Assembly (NCBI GenBank): GCA_964016885.1
Contig: OZ024740.1
Span: 323,454,001 to 323,518,000, forward strand
Direction of reading: 5' to 3'
DNA from: Eledone cirrhosa
Lineage: Eukaryota
Length of the DNA: 64,000 nt
Part shown: positions 11,497 to 24,479 of the stretch, piece by piece
Layout: every line of letters begins with the position of its first letter
How positions within the stretch are numbered: the stretch's first letter is position 1
Program-made: the position numbers and the translations under genes
Notes under the pieces: model-generated
Told to the model about the DNA's origin: nothing
What the model saw: only the letters and a program-made list of their open reading frames with translations
Databases searched by the model: none

Positions 11497-12945
11497 TAAT
11501 AATAATAAATTTGTAGACTAAATTCCAAAGAGGACTCGATAAGGATAAATATAATATATAAGAACCGTAGAGGAAATATTTATTAAAATAACAGATTAAA
11601 GTTTAAGCAAAGAATAGCTGCTTTCACCCTTAACGGGATCTTCTGAAACTAGAAGAAACTAACTAGAAGAAATAGATCCCGACGCATTATATGGTATAAC
11701 CCACCATATAATATGGAGGTGGCCACACCATTAGCTAAGATCTTTCTCTCCCTTATTATGAAGCATTTTCCTCCTACACATAAATATAGTAACATTTTTA
11801 ATAGAAATGCTATTAAAATTTCTTACTCTACGACTCTTAACCTTGCACATAACATCACAGCTTCAAATTTAGCTAAACTACCTAGCCGTAGGAACACGTG
11901 CAACCCTGTAGTTAGTACTAACGGTAATTGTAGGAATCGGGTTGACTGCCCCCTATCCGGGAAATATTTGATTGTATATGTTATGGCGTATATATTATAT
12001 ATTCTGGTACATATGCTTTTGGTTACGTGTATACGTGAGTTTTGCGTCTGTGTGGGTATGCGGGTTCGTACGCATGTAGGGTGTGTGTATATGTGTACTT
12101 CGTGTTTTGGTTGACGTACGTGTCCGAACATATGTGTATTTACATGTAGGTATGTGTGTGCGCTTGTTATATACGTATTTATTTATTTATATACGTTTAT
12201 TTAATTATATGTATACACGCACACACACACATATATATATATATTTTTTTTTTTTATATATATTTTTAGGTGTATTTGGTGTATACATTCGAATGCGTGC
12301 GGGTACAGGCGTTGCGTGGGTTCTGTATGAGCGTGCGGGTTTTTTTGTTGTTTTTTTTTGTGTACGTGCGTGTATTTGTATACCTAGGGCGAGTGTTTTC
12401 GCGTACGCTTGTGTATGTACGTATATGGATGCGTGTATGTATTTATTTAATTTCAATTACCTCTGTATTTTATTTTATTCTTAACTCTGATGCCGAGAGT
12501 CATTCGGTTTCCTAGTTAGAATTTTAGTCTACGACTTCAGTTATACCATTTACGTGGTTTTGTCTTTGCGTGCAATTGTTCTTCCCGCTCCACATATGAC
12601 GTATTATCTTCGTTTTTTTCCGTTCATTGCCAGAGAACGTCTCTATGAACGACCTAAATAGAATATTAGTCTACGACTTCTTTTATACCATAAACGTGGT
12701 TTTGTCTTTGCGTGTAATTGTTTTTCACCGCTCCAAATAATGACGTATTATATTCGTTTTTTCCCTTTCTTTGCCAGGGAACGTTTCCCCGAACCAAAGT
12801 ATCGTTTTCTTGTCTTCCTCCGGTTGCAACGTTTTTTGAAATATTCACTTCTGCGTTCACAGATTGACTTTGTTAGTTTCACAAGATCCCGTTAAGGGTG
12901 AAACAGCGATTCTTTGCTTAAACTTTAATCTGTTATTTTAATAAA
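11497..12945 (+). mobile_element. Internally deleted PLE (Naiad-type) with inverted pLTR ends
   Basis: 11680-11970 encodes RRIIWYNPPY..HFPPTHKYSNIFNRNAIKISYST..CRNRVDCPL; IR 11577-11651 / 12873-12942; (TA)n flanks. Confidence 0.85.
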
Positions 12946-13160
<215 letters not shown>

Positions 13161-13263
13161 CTTTTATATATACGTATATATTTAACTTTAGCATGCCTAA
13201 ATCTATTATCTTATTTTTATTTTTATTTTCGTTATCATTTACCTAAAATATACAGGCTCATTA

Positions 13264-13370
<107 letters not shown>

Positions 13371-13961
13371 CATAATAGTTATTTAAATATTTCTAACAAT
13401 AAATACTTCATGAGATTTACATACTATATATGTTGACAATGAATATCTCCGGTAAAACTTACATTTAAAAAAATATTCGACAGTGTAAACTTTATTTTCC
13501 GCTGGCCAGCTAAATCCTTTAAAAGTTATCATCATAAAATTCTGAAGTTTAGAAATGTTAAAACACTTATTGAATTTACAAAACTAATAAATAACCTGCA
13601 ATTTAAAAAAAAAAAACTAAAATCTTGACTCTTCACCCTAAAATAGCATAAATTAAATATTTTCAAACTTAACCGTTTAACTTTCGGAAAATCTCCTTCT
13701 ACATATATTCTCTCTCTATATATATATTATCTCAGCGGCTCTCATTGACCGCTTTCCCTGATAAATTGTAGTATCATACATTTTAAAATCTCTATAACTG
13801 TTACATTAAGCAACGTTTTTCTTACTCACACATTCTCTATTGAATTTATTACGTTTTCGCATTTTCTCATTATTAGGGTATAATTGTTAAACTTTCTCTT
13901 AAGTTAATCACTACCTTGATTAAATCTTAACCATTTAACATCTCAGGGTATGTCATATATC

Positions 13962-14024
13962 ATTATATTTTGTCTGATGAGGACGTACTTTTGTACATCC
14001 GAAATATGTATAATAAAATGTAAT
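13962..14024 (+). ncRNA. Type I hammerhead ribozyme (best formed in window)
   Basis: attatattttgt CTGATGA gga c gtac tttt gtac a tcc GAAA tatgta TA ataaaatgtaat; 12-bp stem I, G10.1-C11.1 stem II; predicted cleavage after 14012. Confidence 0.9.
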
Positions 14025-14059
14025 TGATAAAAAGAACATCCATTTTATTAATATTTGTA

Positions 14060-14124
<65 letters not shown>

Positions 14125-14984
14125 GTCTAGTGACTTTTTGAAAACCTTGTTTATACGTTATTCGAAACAGAGTTTAATAATTTATTTAATGGCTAAGTGA
14201 TGAGCCATGTTATTCTGGAGATGGAGTCAAGCTTGCGTGACATAGCAACCTCTTTACGACACACTGTTCCCCACTATGAAAGTGGTTGGCTAGTAAAGGT
14301 GGGCTAAACAAATGTTTGCTTTACACCCTACTGGTTGGTTATATCTGGTCAACGGGATCCCAAACCACCAGTAGAAACAAAGTGGATAACCACCAACAAT
14401 AGATCACTCCACTCACCCTTGGCGCATGAATACACACAGACTTGACAGACGCATAGCACTAGTAGCCAGAAATTCAATATCCAAGATGCTGCACCCAGTG
14501 AGACCTAGCTCACCGAAGAAAATCTTAATTATAATAAAGAAAGGAGTGCGGGACTGCGTCTAGAATATATTTTTTTTATCCCGTTTGTAAAATTAGTTTG
14601 ATTACTTTGAATAAATAATGAATGAATATTACATAATTTATCTACTAAATTTCGTAGCTGTTGATTAAATATATTTTATTGCTTATTTAAAGATTCACTT
14701 CTTTAAAATTTTCAAATGTCAACACTTCCGGTTAGCGATCGCTTAAATAAACATTAATATATTTCCGTCACTAATTTTCTCCTAATGCAGTTTAATTATA
14801 ATATCGTCTTTTTTTAATAAATCATAGATTACGTTACTGATTACATAAGACAGTCAGTGTACCGCAGTCTTCGTTCAATTTCTGTGTATATTGTCAATTA
14901 CGATTTTATTTGACGTAGCATATCTACATGTATATATACTTGCGTATACTATCAATATGCACACTACACATGCTAGCAGAAAAC

Positions 14985-15045
14985 CACCTGAAGATGAAGA
15001 GAGTGCAGGCTACACATTCTTCTGGTCAGAGGGAAAGAGGATGAG
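14985..15045 (+). pseudogene. Tiny RTE-clade LINE endonuclease remnant
   Basis: Translates E..AGYTFFWS.G, resembling the RTE APE motif. Confidence 0.4.
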
Positions 15046-15071
15046 CGTAGAGAAAGAGGATGATCCTAGAG

Positions 15072-15256
15072 CAGTGACTACCAATGTGGGTTCCGCGGAG
15101 TCCAAGAGTTCCAGAAAGGAGTGTCTACGGTCCCTTGGTAAAAGATAGAGGGGTATATATATATTATGACCATATAACAGTATTAGACTTTTGGGTTCCC
15201 CCTAAAGTTTCTGAACCAAAAATGATTCCGCCTTTGAAAAAATTTGGGAAACCCTG
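15072..15256. mobile_element. hAT-type MITE
   Basis: TIRs cagtgactaccaa / ttgggaaaccctg; 8-bp TSD tcctagag / gcctagag. Confidence 0.75.
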
Positions 15257-15319
15257 GCCTAGAGAAATAAGAGTTGGTTTGCCTTCACGACTATTGTAGT
15301 GAATCATCCTCACTGAATC

Positions 15320-15408
<89 letters not shown>

Positions 15409-15418
15409 AAAATGTATG

Positions 15419-15514
15419 ACCCCGACGGCAGAGCTCAAGCCGTTTCGACGGCTATTTCTGGACTAAATTAGAATGTTTAGCGTGGTAAATAAATAGCCGA
15501 ACTTTTCAAGGAGT
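15419..15514 (-). ncRNA. Type I hammerhead ribozyme, U3-A8 variant
   Basis: Minus: actcc TTGAAAA gtt cggctattt..aaatagccg tc GAAA cggc ttgagctct gccg TC ggggt. Confidence 0.8.
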
Positions 15515-16276
15515 AATTCCTTATATGGGAAGATTGAGGAAACCCCAGCTAACATACGTAGATGTACCTCTTTTCTTTTCCTTTCTATTTTCTTCCTCCC
15601 TTTGTATCTTCCTATCACTTCCTTCCACTCCCTATCCTCTTCCTTTTCCTTTTCCCCTTTCGCCTACCCCGAAGCAGCCCATCGGGCCTTTATAGCCTCA
15701 GTACCCCCACCCCAGTAAATTAAACATAGCATTGGTCGAAAACGCAATACGAACTAATTATAGCAGCTGTTTTAGATCCCAGAGATTTTGTATTACTGTT
15801 TACTACCCAATTCTATAATTTCAAATTTTTTTTATTTATTTAGTATCTTCTATTCTCAACTTATTAACCTCTTCTATAGCATTTTCCGAAAGCACAACAC
15901 CAACTCAATATAGCAGCTGTTTTAGACTCTACGGTTTTTTTTATCACTTCTTAATATCCAATTTTATATTATTCTTTTTTTTTTCTTATTTATTTATTAT
16001 CTTCTAATCTCAATTGATTTACCTATACTGTAACGTCCCTTCTCTATTTTCTCCAGAATCCTTTTCCGCCTACTACCTCTAGCCTAGTTTCATCCTTAGA
16101 ATTTGCTGTATAGAATTCACTTTCAACGCTTGACCGGCTCCACCCACTCACTCATTGTTCTACAGGCAAGTTCAGCCATCCCCAACTCCAACCCACTGCC
16201 ATGATAGACTTAATTGTGTTTACAAGAAATTTTGACTAATCCTCTTGACAACTACAATCTTACCATATATGGAATT

Positions 16277-16372
16277 ACTCCTTGAAAAGTTCGGCTATTT
16301 ATTTACCACGCTAAAAATTCTAATTTAGTCCAGAAATAGCTGTCGAAACGGCTTGGGCTCTGCCGTCGGGGT
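16277..16372 (+). ncRNA. Type I hammerhead ribozyme, U3-A8 variant
   Basis: actcc TTGAAAA gtt cggctattt..aaatagctg tc GAAA cggc ttgggctct gccg TC ggggt. Confidence 0.8.
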
Positions 16373-16463
16373 CATACATTATTCTATTACCCACTCTACT
16401 ACCCGAAGTATTGAGTACTCTGGTGCATTATGGTCCATCTGGTTCCTTACCACAATTCCTTCG

Positions 16464-16528
<65 letters not shown>

Positions 16529-16550
16529 GTATAATAAACAATACAATATA

Positions 16551-16626
16551 ATTACCTCATTACCAGAGGTTTCCCGAATAAGACGAATACAAGAAACGTC
16601 CTCATTCGTTCGTCAGACAAGGCAAT
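16551..16626 (-). ncRNA. Type I hammerhead ribozyme
   Basis: Reverse complement of 17700-17775. Confidence 0.85.
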
Positions 16627-17580
16627 TTAAAACAGTGAAATATTTAAAAAATCTCCTCAAGAAAGGCAAAAGTTTAACGGGCAAAAAAAATATATAAATA
16701 AAGGTAATGTAAGCGATATATAAAAATAAAATAAAATAAGGAAATATAGTAAGGGTATGTGTATAAATGTGTGTATATGCACCTACAAATGTACATATGT
16801 GTGTATCTACAAATGCATGTGTATAGTGAAAAAATGTGTGCGTAAGTACATACATGAGGGCAAGCATATCAGTGAATGTGTGACCACAAATACGTATATA
16901 TGTTGAAAAAAGAAATTGTAAGATAATAGAGTTAGCGTACATACAGACTCAGGGACTAAGGATTGAAATATATACACATACAAGTATGAAAGCATGCGTA
17001 TAAACACACACACACACGCAACCACATACATGCATGTGATATATACAGGGAAGGGAGTGTATCAGTCAAAGCAGGGTCAGGCTGAAGGTCGATACAGATA
17101 TAAAAGTATTAAATATGAAAATGAAAAAAATGAAAAAAATGAAAAAAACTTTCCTTAACTTACCTTCTTTACAGACTTCTCTTTCTGATTTACTTTTATT
17201 TTTATTTTTAACTTTATTTTTACTTCACATCCACCAGTGCCCCCCCCCCCTGCTTTTTTATTCAATTACTTTATATCTTCACTATTTTACATATTTTACT
17301 TCCCCCTTTTCTTTCACTACCTTATATCACATGTCACTCGTGTTTTCAAATCCAGATATATTCTGTTGTCACCCCAGCCGCTTTTATGTATGTTTACTTG
17401 CGTATAATTTGTACTCATTTATTCATACGGCTGGTTTTTATATTGTATGTATGCGTGTAAATGTGCATATGTGTGTATACGTGTTTGTATATGTATACGA
17501 ATGCATTCTTATGTGCGCGTGTATGTGTATATGTGTGTGTGTGTGTGTGTTTTTATATCTAGGTTTTTTAAATACTTATA

Positions 17581-17656
<76 letters not shown>

Positions 17657-17699
17657 CTTTATATCTTCACTATTTTTCAAATATTTCACTATGTTTTAA

Positions 17700-17775
17700 A
17701 TTGCCTTGTCTGACGAACGAATGAGGACGTTTCTTATATTCGTCTTATTCGGGAAACCTCTGGTAATGAGGTAAT
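17700..17775 (+). ncRNA. Type I hammerhead ribozyme
   Basis: attgccttgt CTGACGA a cgaatgaggacg..cgtcttattcg g GAAA cc tct gg TA atgaggtaat; 10-bp stem I, 11-bp stem II. Confidence 0.85.
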
Positions 17776-17881
17776 TATATTGTATTGTTTATTATACATT
17801 AAATTTAGCTCTGTAACTTACATAGAGCACTCTTCCCTCCTATGACTTTTCAATTTTCAACGGAAACTTCAATACTTATAA

Positions 17882-17935
<54 letters not shown>

Positions 17936-17938
<3 letters not shown>

Positions 17939-18606
17939 AAATGAGGTAAATATCTCTCTGAGTACTAAGTACCGTTAGAGATATATAGGGTGTTTATAAT
18001 ATAATTGTTGTTCTATGGTACTAATTTGAGATACCAGAACTATAAAAATTGAGATGAGCAGAACAAACAAACATTAAACAATCCTTTAAATAAATTAAAA
18101 AAAGGATTTAAATATCTACCTGTTCATAATGCTATTACCAGCGGTTTCGCTTTATAAAAAGATTAGAGATTCAGAGAATTTCTAACGGAAAAGTAAAGTT
18201 CATCAGATAGCTGTTTCCATCCTATAGAACAAAGTTTCACAGCCTGCAAATATATTGCCAACTACCAGCTCATATCAGTTATGGCCGTTAAAGTGATCCA
18301 CTCGTGAACTGGCCGCTAGTGAAAGCGGGAATATTACAGACGTGTTGATGGGCTTGCTGCTAAAAAAAATAGCAGTAAGCAAGAACGAATTTTTTTCTCT
18401 CCATAGATTGGAGAATATATAAAATGAGGTAAATATCTCCCTGAGTACTAAGTACCTATAGAGATATGTAGAGTGTCTATAATATAATTGTTGTTCAATG
18501 GTACTAATTTGAGATACCAGAACTATCAGGTAGATATTTAAATGATTTTTTTATTTATTTAAAGGATTGTTTAATGTTCGTTTGTTCTGCTCATCTCCAT
18601 TTTTAA
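17936..18606 (-). mobile_element. Hammerhead-bearing element with direct plus inverted terminal duplication
   Basis: 17938-18043 repeated directly at 18421-18525; 18045-18121 repeated inverted at 18526-18604; (TA)n flanks. Confidence 0.8.
18131..18211 (-). ncRNA. Type I hammerhead ribozyme
   Basis: Minus: gctat CTGATGA a cttta...taaag c GAAA cc gct gg TA atagc. Confidence 0.8.
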
Positions 18607-18665
<59 letters not shown>

Positions 18666-18722
18666 ATATATATATATATATATAAACATATATATGAACA
18701 TGTATATATATATATATATATG

Positions 18723-19045
18723 AAAGACGTAAAATAAGAAAATTTTAAAAATTAAAAATCAACTTACTTACTAAAATTTTTCACTCCAACTCATTAGTTT
18801 CTGTAATGGGATAAATATAGTTACATAATATATATAACTATAGACTCCCTGATGACGTAATGAATTCTCTATAGTTATATATATTATGTAACTATATTTA
18901 TCCCATTACAGCAACTAATTAGTTGGAGTGAAAATTTTAGTAAGCAAGTTGATTTTTAATTTTAAAAATGTTCTTATTTTACGTCTTTAATATAATTGTT
19001 CTGCATTCACCTGCATAGAACCGCATAGGTACTAAGACATAACAT
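18723..19045 (+). mobile_element. Foldback hammerhead-bearing mini-element
   Basis: IR 18723-18843 / 18868-18988 plus 3' tail; hammerhead 18844-18929 actcc CTGATGA c gtaatg..cattac a GCAA ctaattag TT ggagt (inverted arm retains GAAA). Confidence 0.75.
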
Positions 19046-19199
19046 ATATATTTGCTAGCATGAGTGTACATCTGTACACATATGTTGGTAGATGTACTAA
19101 TTCTCTCTCTCTCTCTATATATATATTTATTGTATAGAAGGAGCTTCTACAGGACTAGTACTGTTTCATTCAGATGAAATCTTCAGGAATCTGGGTGTC

Positions 19200-19777
19200 A
19201 TATTAAGTTCTGGTATTTATACATTTAGGTAGTGGTAAGGGAGGGGTGCCAACAGACCTAATCATGGAAAAACTGCATGCCTGGACAATATTTAAAGAAA
19301 ATAAACCGAATACTCTGATGGCTGGATAATCTTTAAGATTTTCCTCGATGAAGCAGGAAATATGCAGGTTTTCACCTAGGGGATCATAACATAAATTTTT
19401 TTTATGTGCATAATATGCCTTGAAATTTCGGGAAAAATCGGCTAGACGTAACGCCTCCAAAAAGCCCTAAAAGGCTGAAATAATGAAGTTTTTCACCTAA
19501 TGCAGGCCGTAGGCCATAAAAAGGTTGTTTTTTGCTCACGGTATGAATAAGAGACTGACTAATACATAATTACAAATTCAATGAAATCGGTCTGACGTAA
19601 CGCCTCAAAAAACCCCTAAAACGCTTAAAAACGCAGTTTTTCATCTAATGCGGGCCCCCAGGAGATCAAAAAGTGGAATTTATGTGCAAAAGACTCCCTG
19701 AAACATAAGTAATACACATGTAAAGTTTGAAAAATATCGGTTGGGTACTTCTCAAGTTTTAGGGATTCAAACTCACA

Positions 19778-19864
<87 letters not shown>

Positions 19865-20662
19865 ACACACACACTGACAGACATCCTCAGGGAAGTGACG
19901 TAAGACAGCCAGACAGCCAGACATACAGAGTGATATTGTATGTATGTATCTATCTAAAAAGAGAAAGACTAAGAATTATAGAGAGCGATCGCTAAATCGC
20001 CTAATGCGGTCCCTAGGGCATTGAAAATTTGAAATTGTTTTTGCTTAGAACACTCCCTGGAACATAAATATTACATGTGTAAAGTATGAAAACAGTCGGT
20101 TGGATGCTTCCCGAGTTTTAGGAATTAAAACTCACACATACAGACAGACATCCTCAGTTTTATATATATACTAGCTGAATGGCCCGGCGTTACTCGGGAT
20201 TTGCTCTATGGTTCTTATATATTTGATTTACGTTTATTTATATTTTGTTATTGTGTATGCAAACATATCTGTATACGAATATATAATTATATATATATCT
20301 ATATATCTAAAACATAGATTGTCTGTCTGTCTGTCTGTCAGCTCACTAAAATCTGAGAACCACCCAACCGATTGTTTTCAAACTTTACACATGTAATACT
20401 GATGGTCCTGTGAGTGTTTTGAGCAAAGAATATTTCAAATTTTCAATGCCCTAATATAGTATATATATAGTAATGTAAATGCTAAAGGATTAATTCCATC
20501 AGACCATGTGAGAGAGTTTATAATCACTCACGCACACATACACACTCACGCATGCAAACGCACACAAACTCACACACACACACGCGCACGTACACACACA
20601 CGCAATAGTTATTCCACTGTCATGTATGTTTGGCACATACAACTCTCAAAAGACGGCGTCTG

Positions 20663-20698
<36 letters not shown>

Positions 20699-21051
20699 GC
20701 TATCCCCCTCTTTTAGTCTGTCTGTTTCTTTCACTCTCACTCTTTCTCTCTGTAACTCATTCACATTTCTCCCCTCTATCGAAAAACGCTGTGACGAATG
20801 GGGAGGAGGAGGAGGAGTAGAGAGCCACTTCTTCACTTCGCCTCTCCGTTTCTTTCTCTCCCCTCTCACTCCCTCATTATGTACAGACATTGGCCACTTA
20901 ACTAATTCGATCCCTAGGTCAGAATAATTTGAATTTTTGTTTTGCTCAAAACACCTCCGGGGCCATACGGGTTACATGTGTAGAGTTTGAAAAAAAAACA
21001 GTTGGGTACTTCTCGAGTTTTAGGGAAACAGACACACAGACAGACATCCTC

Positions 21052-21060
<9 letters not shown>
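19200..21060. mobile_element. Cluster of non-autonomous Helitron-like fragments
   Basis: CTAG plus hairpin cccggcgttactcggg at 20171-20198; repeated acacagacagacatcctc ends (19870, 20140, 21035); TC-tatata start with (CTGT)n near 20298. Confidence 0.55.
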
Positions 21061-21119
<59 letters not shown>

Positions 21120-21157
21120 GTGTGTGTGTGTGTGTGTGTGCGTGCGTGTGTGTGTGT

Positions 21158-21196
<39 letters not shown>

Positions 21197-21197
21197 C

Positions 21198-21269
<72 letters not shown>

Positions 21270-21303
21270 ATGTGTGTGTGTGTGCGTGTGTGTGTGTGTG
21301 TGT

Positions 21304-21402
<99 letters not shown>

Positions 21403-22119
21403 TGTGTGTGTGTATACGTACATATTTATGTATATATTGTATATATGGACTAATGTACTTGCTTGATAATGTGTACTATTTCTATCACGAATTGTATCGC
21501 TCGTCATGCTACAATAGAAATCTTGCTAAATTATGTAGTAATTGAATACCTTGAATTGTACAGCTTTATATATTTATGTACAGCTTTCTTCTTGTTGCTC
21601 CTATTGTTTTATATCCAAATTTAAACGTTGTATATTTAAAGAGAAGGAAAACGACATGTTGTGTGACTTCTATGACTTTCTCAAAGACAAAACTAAGTTA
21701 AGTGAAACGTAAATTGTGTTAATATATAACACTTAAATGACACATGAACAGAAGAATAATATTACATTGTGACACAATTTTCCTTTCATAAACAATGGCA
21801 GATCCTGGTTTTCATAGTGTTTATATGTATCGAGTAAGCGGCGAGGTGGGCAGAGAAGTTAGAAAGTCGACTGAAACTGCATTGCGTTATTCGTTTTGTT
21901 TCTCTCTGCTTTGAGTTAAAATCGTACCAAAGACAACTTTGACTTTATTTTTATCTGGCCAATAGAAAAACATTCAAGTTTAATATAGGGGTCAGTTCTT
22001 CATCTATATGTTACTTAGACCCAATTTTCTCCCTCTCTGTGTGTGTATCTCCCCCCCCTCTCTCTCTCTCTCTCTCTCTCATTCTTTCCCTTTCTCTCGT
22101 TCTCCTCCCCCTCGCTCTC

Positions 22120-22192
<73 letters not shown>

Positions 22193-22437
22193 CTCTCTCC
22201 CTCTCGTTCTCTATCTCTCTCTTTCTCTCGTGTTCTCTCTCTCTCTCTCTCTGTCTCCTCCAGCACAGAAAGAAATCATCCGTGCTTGGACTTGCAGATG
22301 CATGCATGCACACATACACACACACATATATACATACATACATGCATACATACATACATACATACATACATACATACATACATACATACATACATACATA
22401 CATACATACATACATACATACATACATACATACATAC

Positions 22438-22942
22438 CGCAGATGCCAATATAATATCAAAGATTAGTGAAAAGGAGAATATTTATGCAGAACTGATGAG
22501 AAATCTGCAGATACTCCACCCTGATTACACCTTCAGATTTATGCCTGTGATTATTGGGGTACTGGGATATGTTAGTAACTGCCTCAATACAAATCTTGAG
22601 AAGCTAGGCTTCACAGGAACAGAAAGAACACAACTAGTTAGAAAACTACAAGTACAATCCATTAATGGAACAGTCAAAATATGTAAAACATTCCAAAAAT
22701 GTTGCATCTAATAACTGCATATACACATGTACAGATACAAAGCATATACACATGCACACATACAACTCAAAACATACATATCCACACATACAATAACATC
22801 CATATCTACACATGCATGTATACATACATACCTACCTAGTTGATGTTGCGTAAATTCAAATGAGAGAGTCTTGTGTCTATGTTAGAAACCGACTCTCTCT
22901 CTCTATTGGTAAAACTTTGTGAAATTATAAAACCAGAAGAAC
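22438..22942 (+). mobile_element. 3' fragment of R4/Dong-type non-LTR retrotransposon inserted in (CATA)n
   Basis: ADANIISKISEKENIYAELMRNL..PVIIGVLG plus 3'UTR, near-identical to the reverse complement of 37031-37505; (CATA)n both sides. Confidence 0.9.
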
Positions 22943-23380
22943 ATACATACATACATACATACATACATACATACATACATACATACATACATACATACAT
23001 ACATACATACGTTCATACATATATACAAACATACATACAGACATTCGTTCGTACGTATTTACGTACGAACGTATAATGAATGCAAAATCTGAATCCACAG
23101 AATACTTTCTTCATATTAACCTATTCAGAGGCGTGACAAAACCTGGTCAGATGCTGCGGTTGGTATTTCTAAGATTTTCGGTTCCTTGCCGCAGCTAAAG
23201 ATGCTATTTCTCTCTTTTAGAATCCGGAACTTTTCTTAAGCTAAAGATATATAAAATCCATCAAATAGAAGACAAATAATGATATTGATTTTTTTTTGCA
23301 AACCTTTATGGTCAGTGTTCTAACAACTCTTAACAAACATTCTGCACGTGATGTTTGTTGTGATTCAACTGGTTGACGGC

Positions 23381-23439
<59 letters not shown>

Positions 23440-23542
23440 ATGTGTGTGTGTGTGTGTAAAAGGTAAACAGAAATGATGAAACAAACGACACAGTATATGG
23501 AATAAATATATTAGTTTAACGCTTATAATAGCAGGAAGAGAG

Positions 23543-23578
23543 TCTTAACGTTTCGGACACTAATCCTTCATCAGAAAA
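23543..23578 (-). ncRNA. Minimal type I hammerhead ribozyme
   Basis: Minus: tttt CTGATGA a gga ttagtg tcc GAAA cg TT aaga; homolog at 41247-41282; host cassette about 23458-23800. Confidence 0.8.
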
Positions 23579-23797
23579 TAGAGTTAGAAATAAAAGGTGT
23601 GTGTGGGGGGAGAAGAGTGAAAGCATGCTACAAACGCCTATAATAATAGTCGAGTACTATTGATGATAATTGAAAAGAATCGGGTTGATTATATTTGGAG
23701 ACGGAAAACTTGGCTGGAGGTGTCACATTCGTCTTCCGTCCATTGTTTCTGTTTCCACAAGTAATTTACTCGTGTCTTTCATTAATATTATCGACTA

Positions 23798-23878
<81 letters not shown>

Positions 23879-23880
<2 letters not shown>

Positions 23881-24478
23881 CAAATAGTCTTACTGTTCTA
23901 CATGGCTGAATACAATAAATGTAATCGAATATTTTTTTGAATATTATAATATTAGATTCGTTTGCAGTTATGGAAACAGCCTCTTTAAGCCATATCAGTA
24001 GAATGACCCGTCATTCTCGCTCTTGTGTTGGCGTATAAACAAAACGGCAGACACCAAAGTTTCTGGGCGATTACCTTTCATCAGTATCGTATACTGCTTA
24101 CCTGCCAACTGTCAGAGCTAGCGAAAATATATGATATTTTATGAAATATACATATACCTGATTTGCATATTAGAAGACTGCCTGATCAGTCAGATCTGCA
24201 TATTAGCAGACCCACTGATCAGCCAGATTTGCATATCAGCAAATAGGCTAGTCAGTTTCATGTATACGGGCAGCAATTAATGGCCGGCTTTGCCATATTC
24301 AAATAACTAACAAATAGTTTCATCGCTCTACATAGCTGAATACAATAAATGTAATCTGAGTTTTTCGAATATTAATAATAATATTCGATTCGTTTTCAAT
24401 TATGCAAAAGCGTCTTTAGGCCATGTCAGTAGAATGTCCCCATCATTCTTGCTCTTGTGTTGGCATGTAAACAGAAGG
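23879..24478 (-). mobile_element. Direct-repeat cassette with degenerate hammerhead (24044-24090)
   Basis: About 168-bp diverged direct repeats at 23879 and 24309; minus: acgata CTGATGA aagg..ccca GAAA ctttggtg TC tgccgt. Confidence 0.6.
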
Positions 24479-24479
24479 G

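Larger units (their letters stand above)
15405..16465 (+). mobile_element. Non-coding PLE-like element with inverted hammerhead-bearing ends
   Basis: IR 15405-15527 / 16265-16389, pyrimidine-rich spacer, 3' tail to 16465, (TA)n both sides. Confidence 0.85.
16525..17886 (+). mobile_element. Non-coding PLE-like element with inverted hammerhead-bearing ends
   Basis: IR about 16525-16652 / 17672-17801, about 1-kb low-complexity spacer, 3' tail to 17886, (TA)n flanks. Confidence 0.85.

Noticed and set aside
14336-14392. ggttat..ctgg..ccag GAAA..ataacc hairpin
   Set aside because: Lacks the CUGANGA segment
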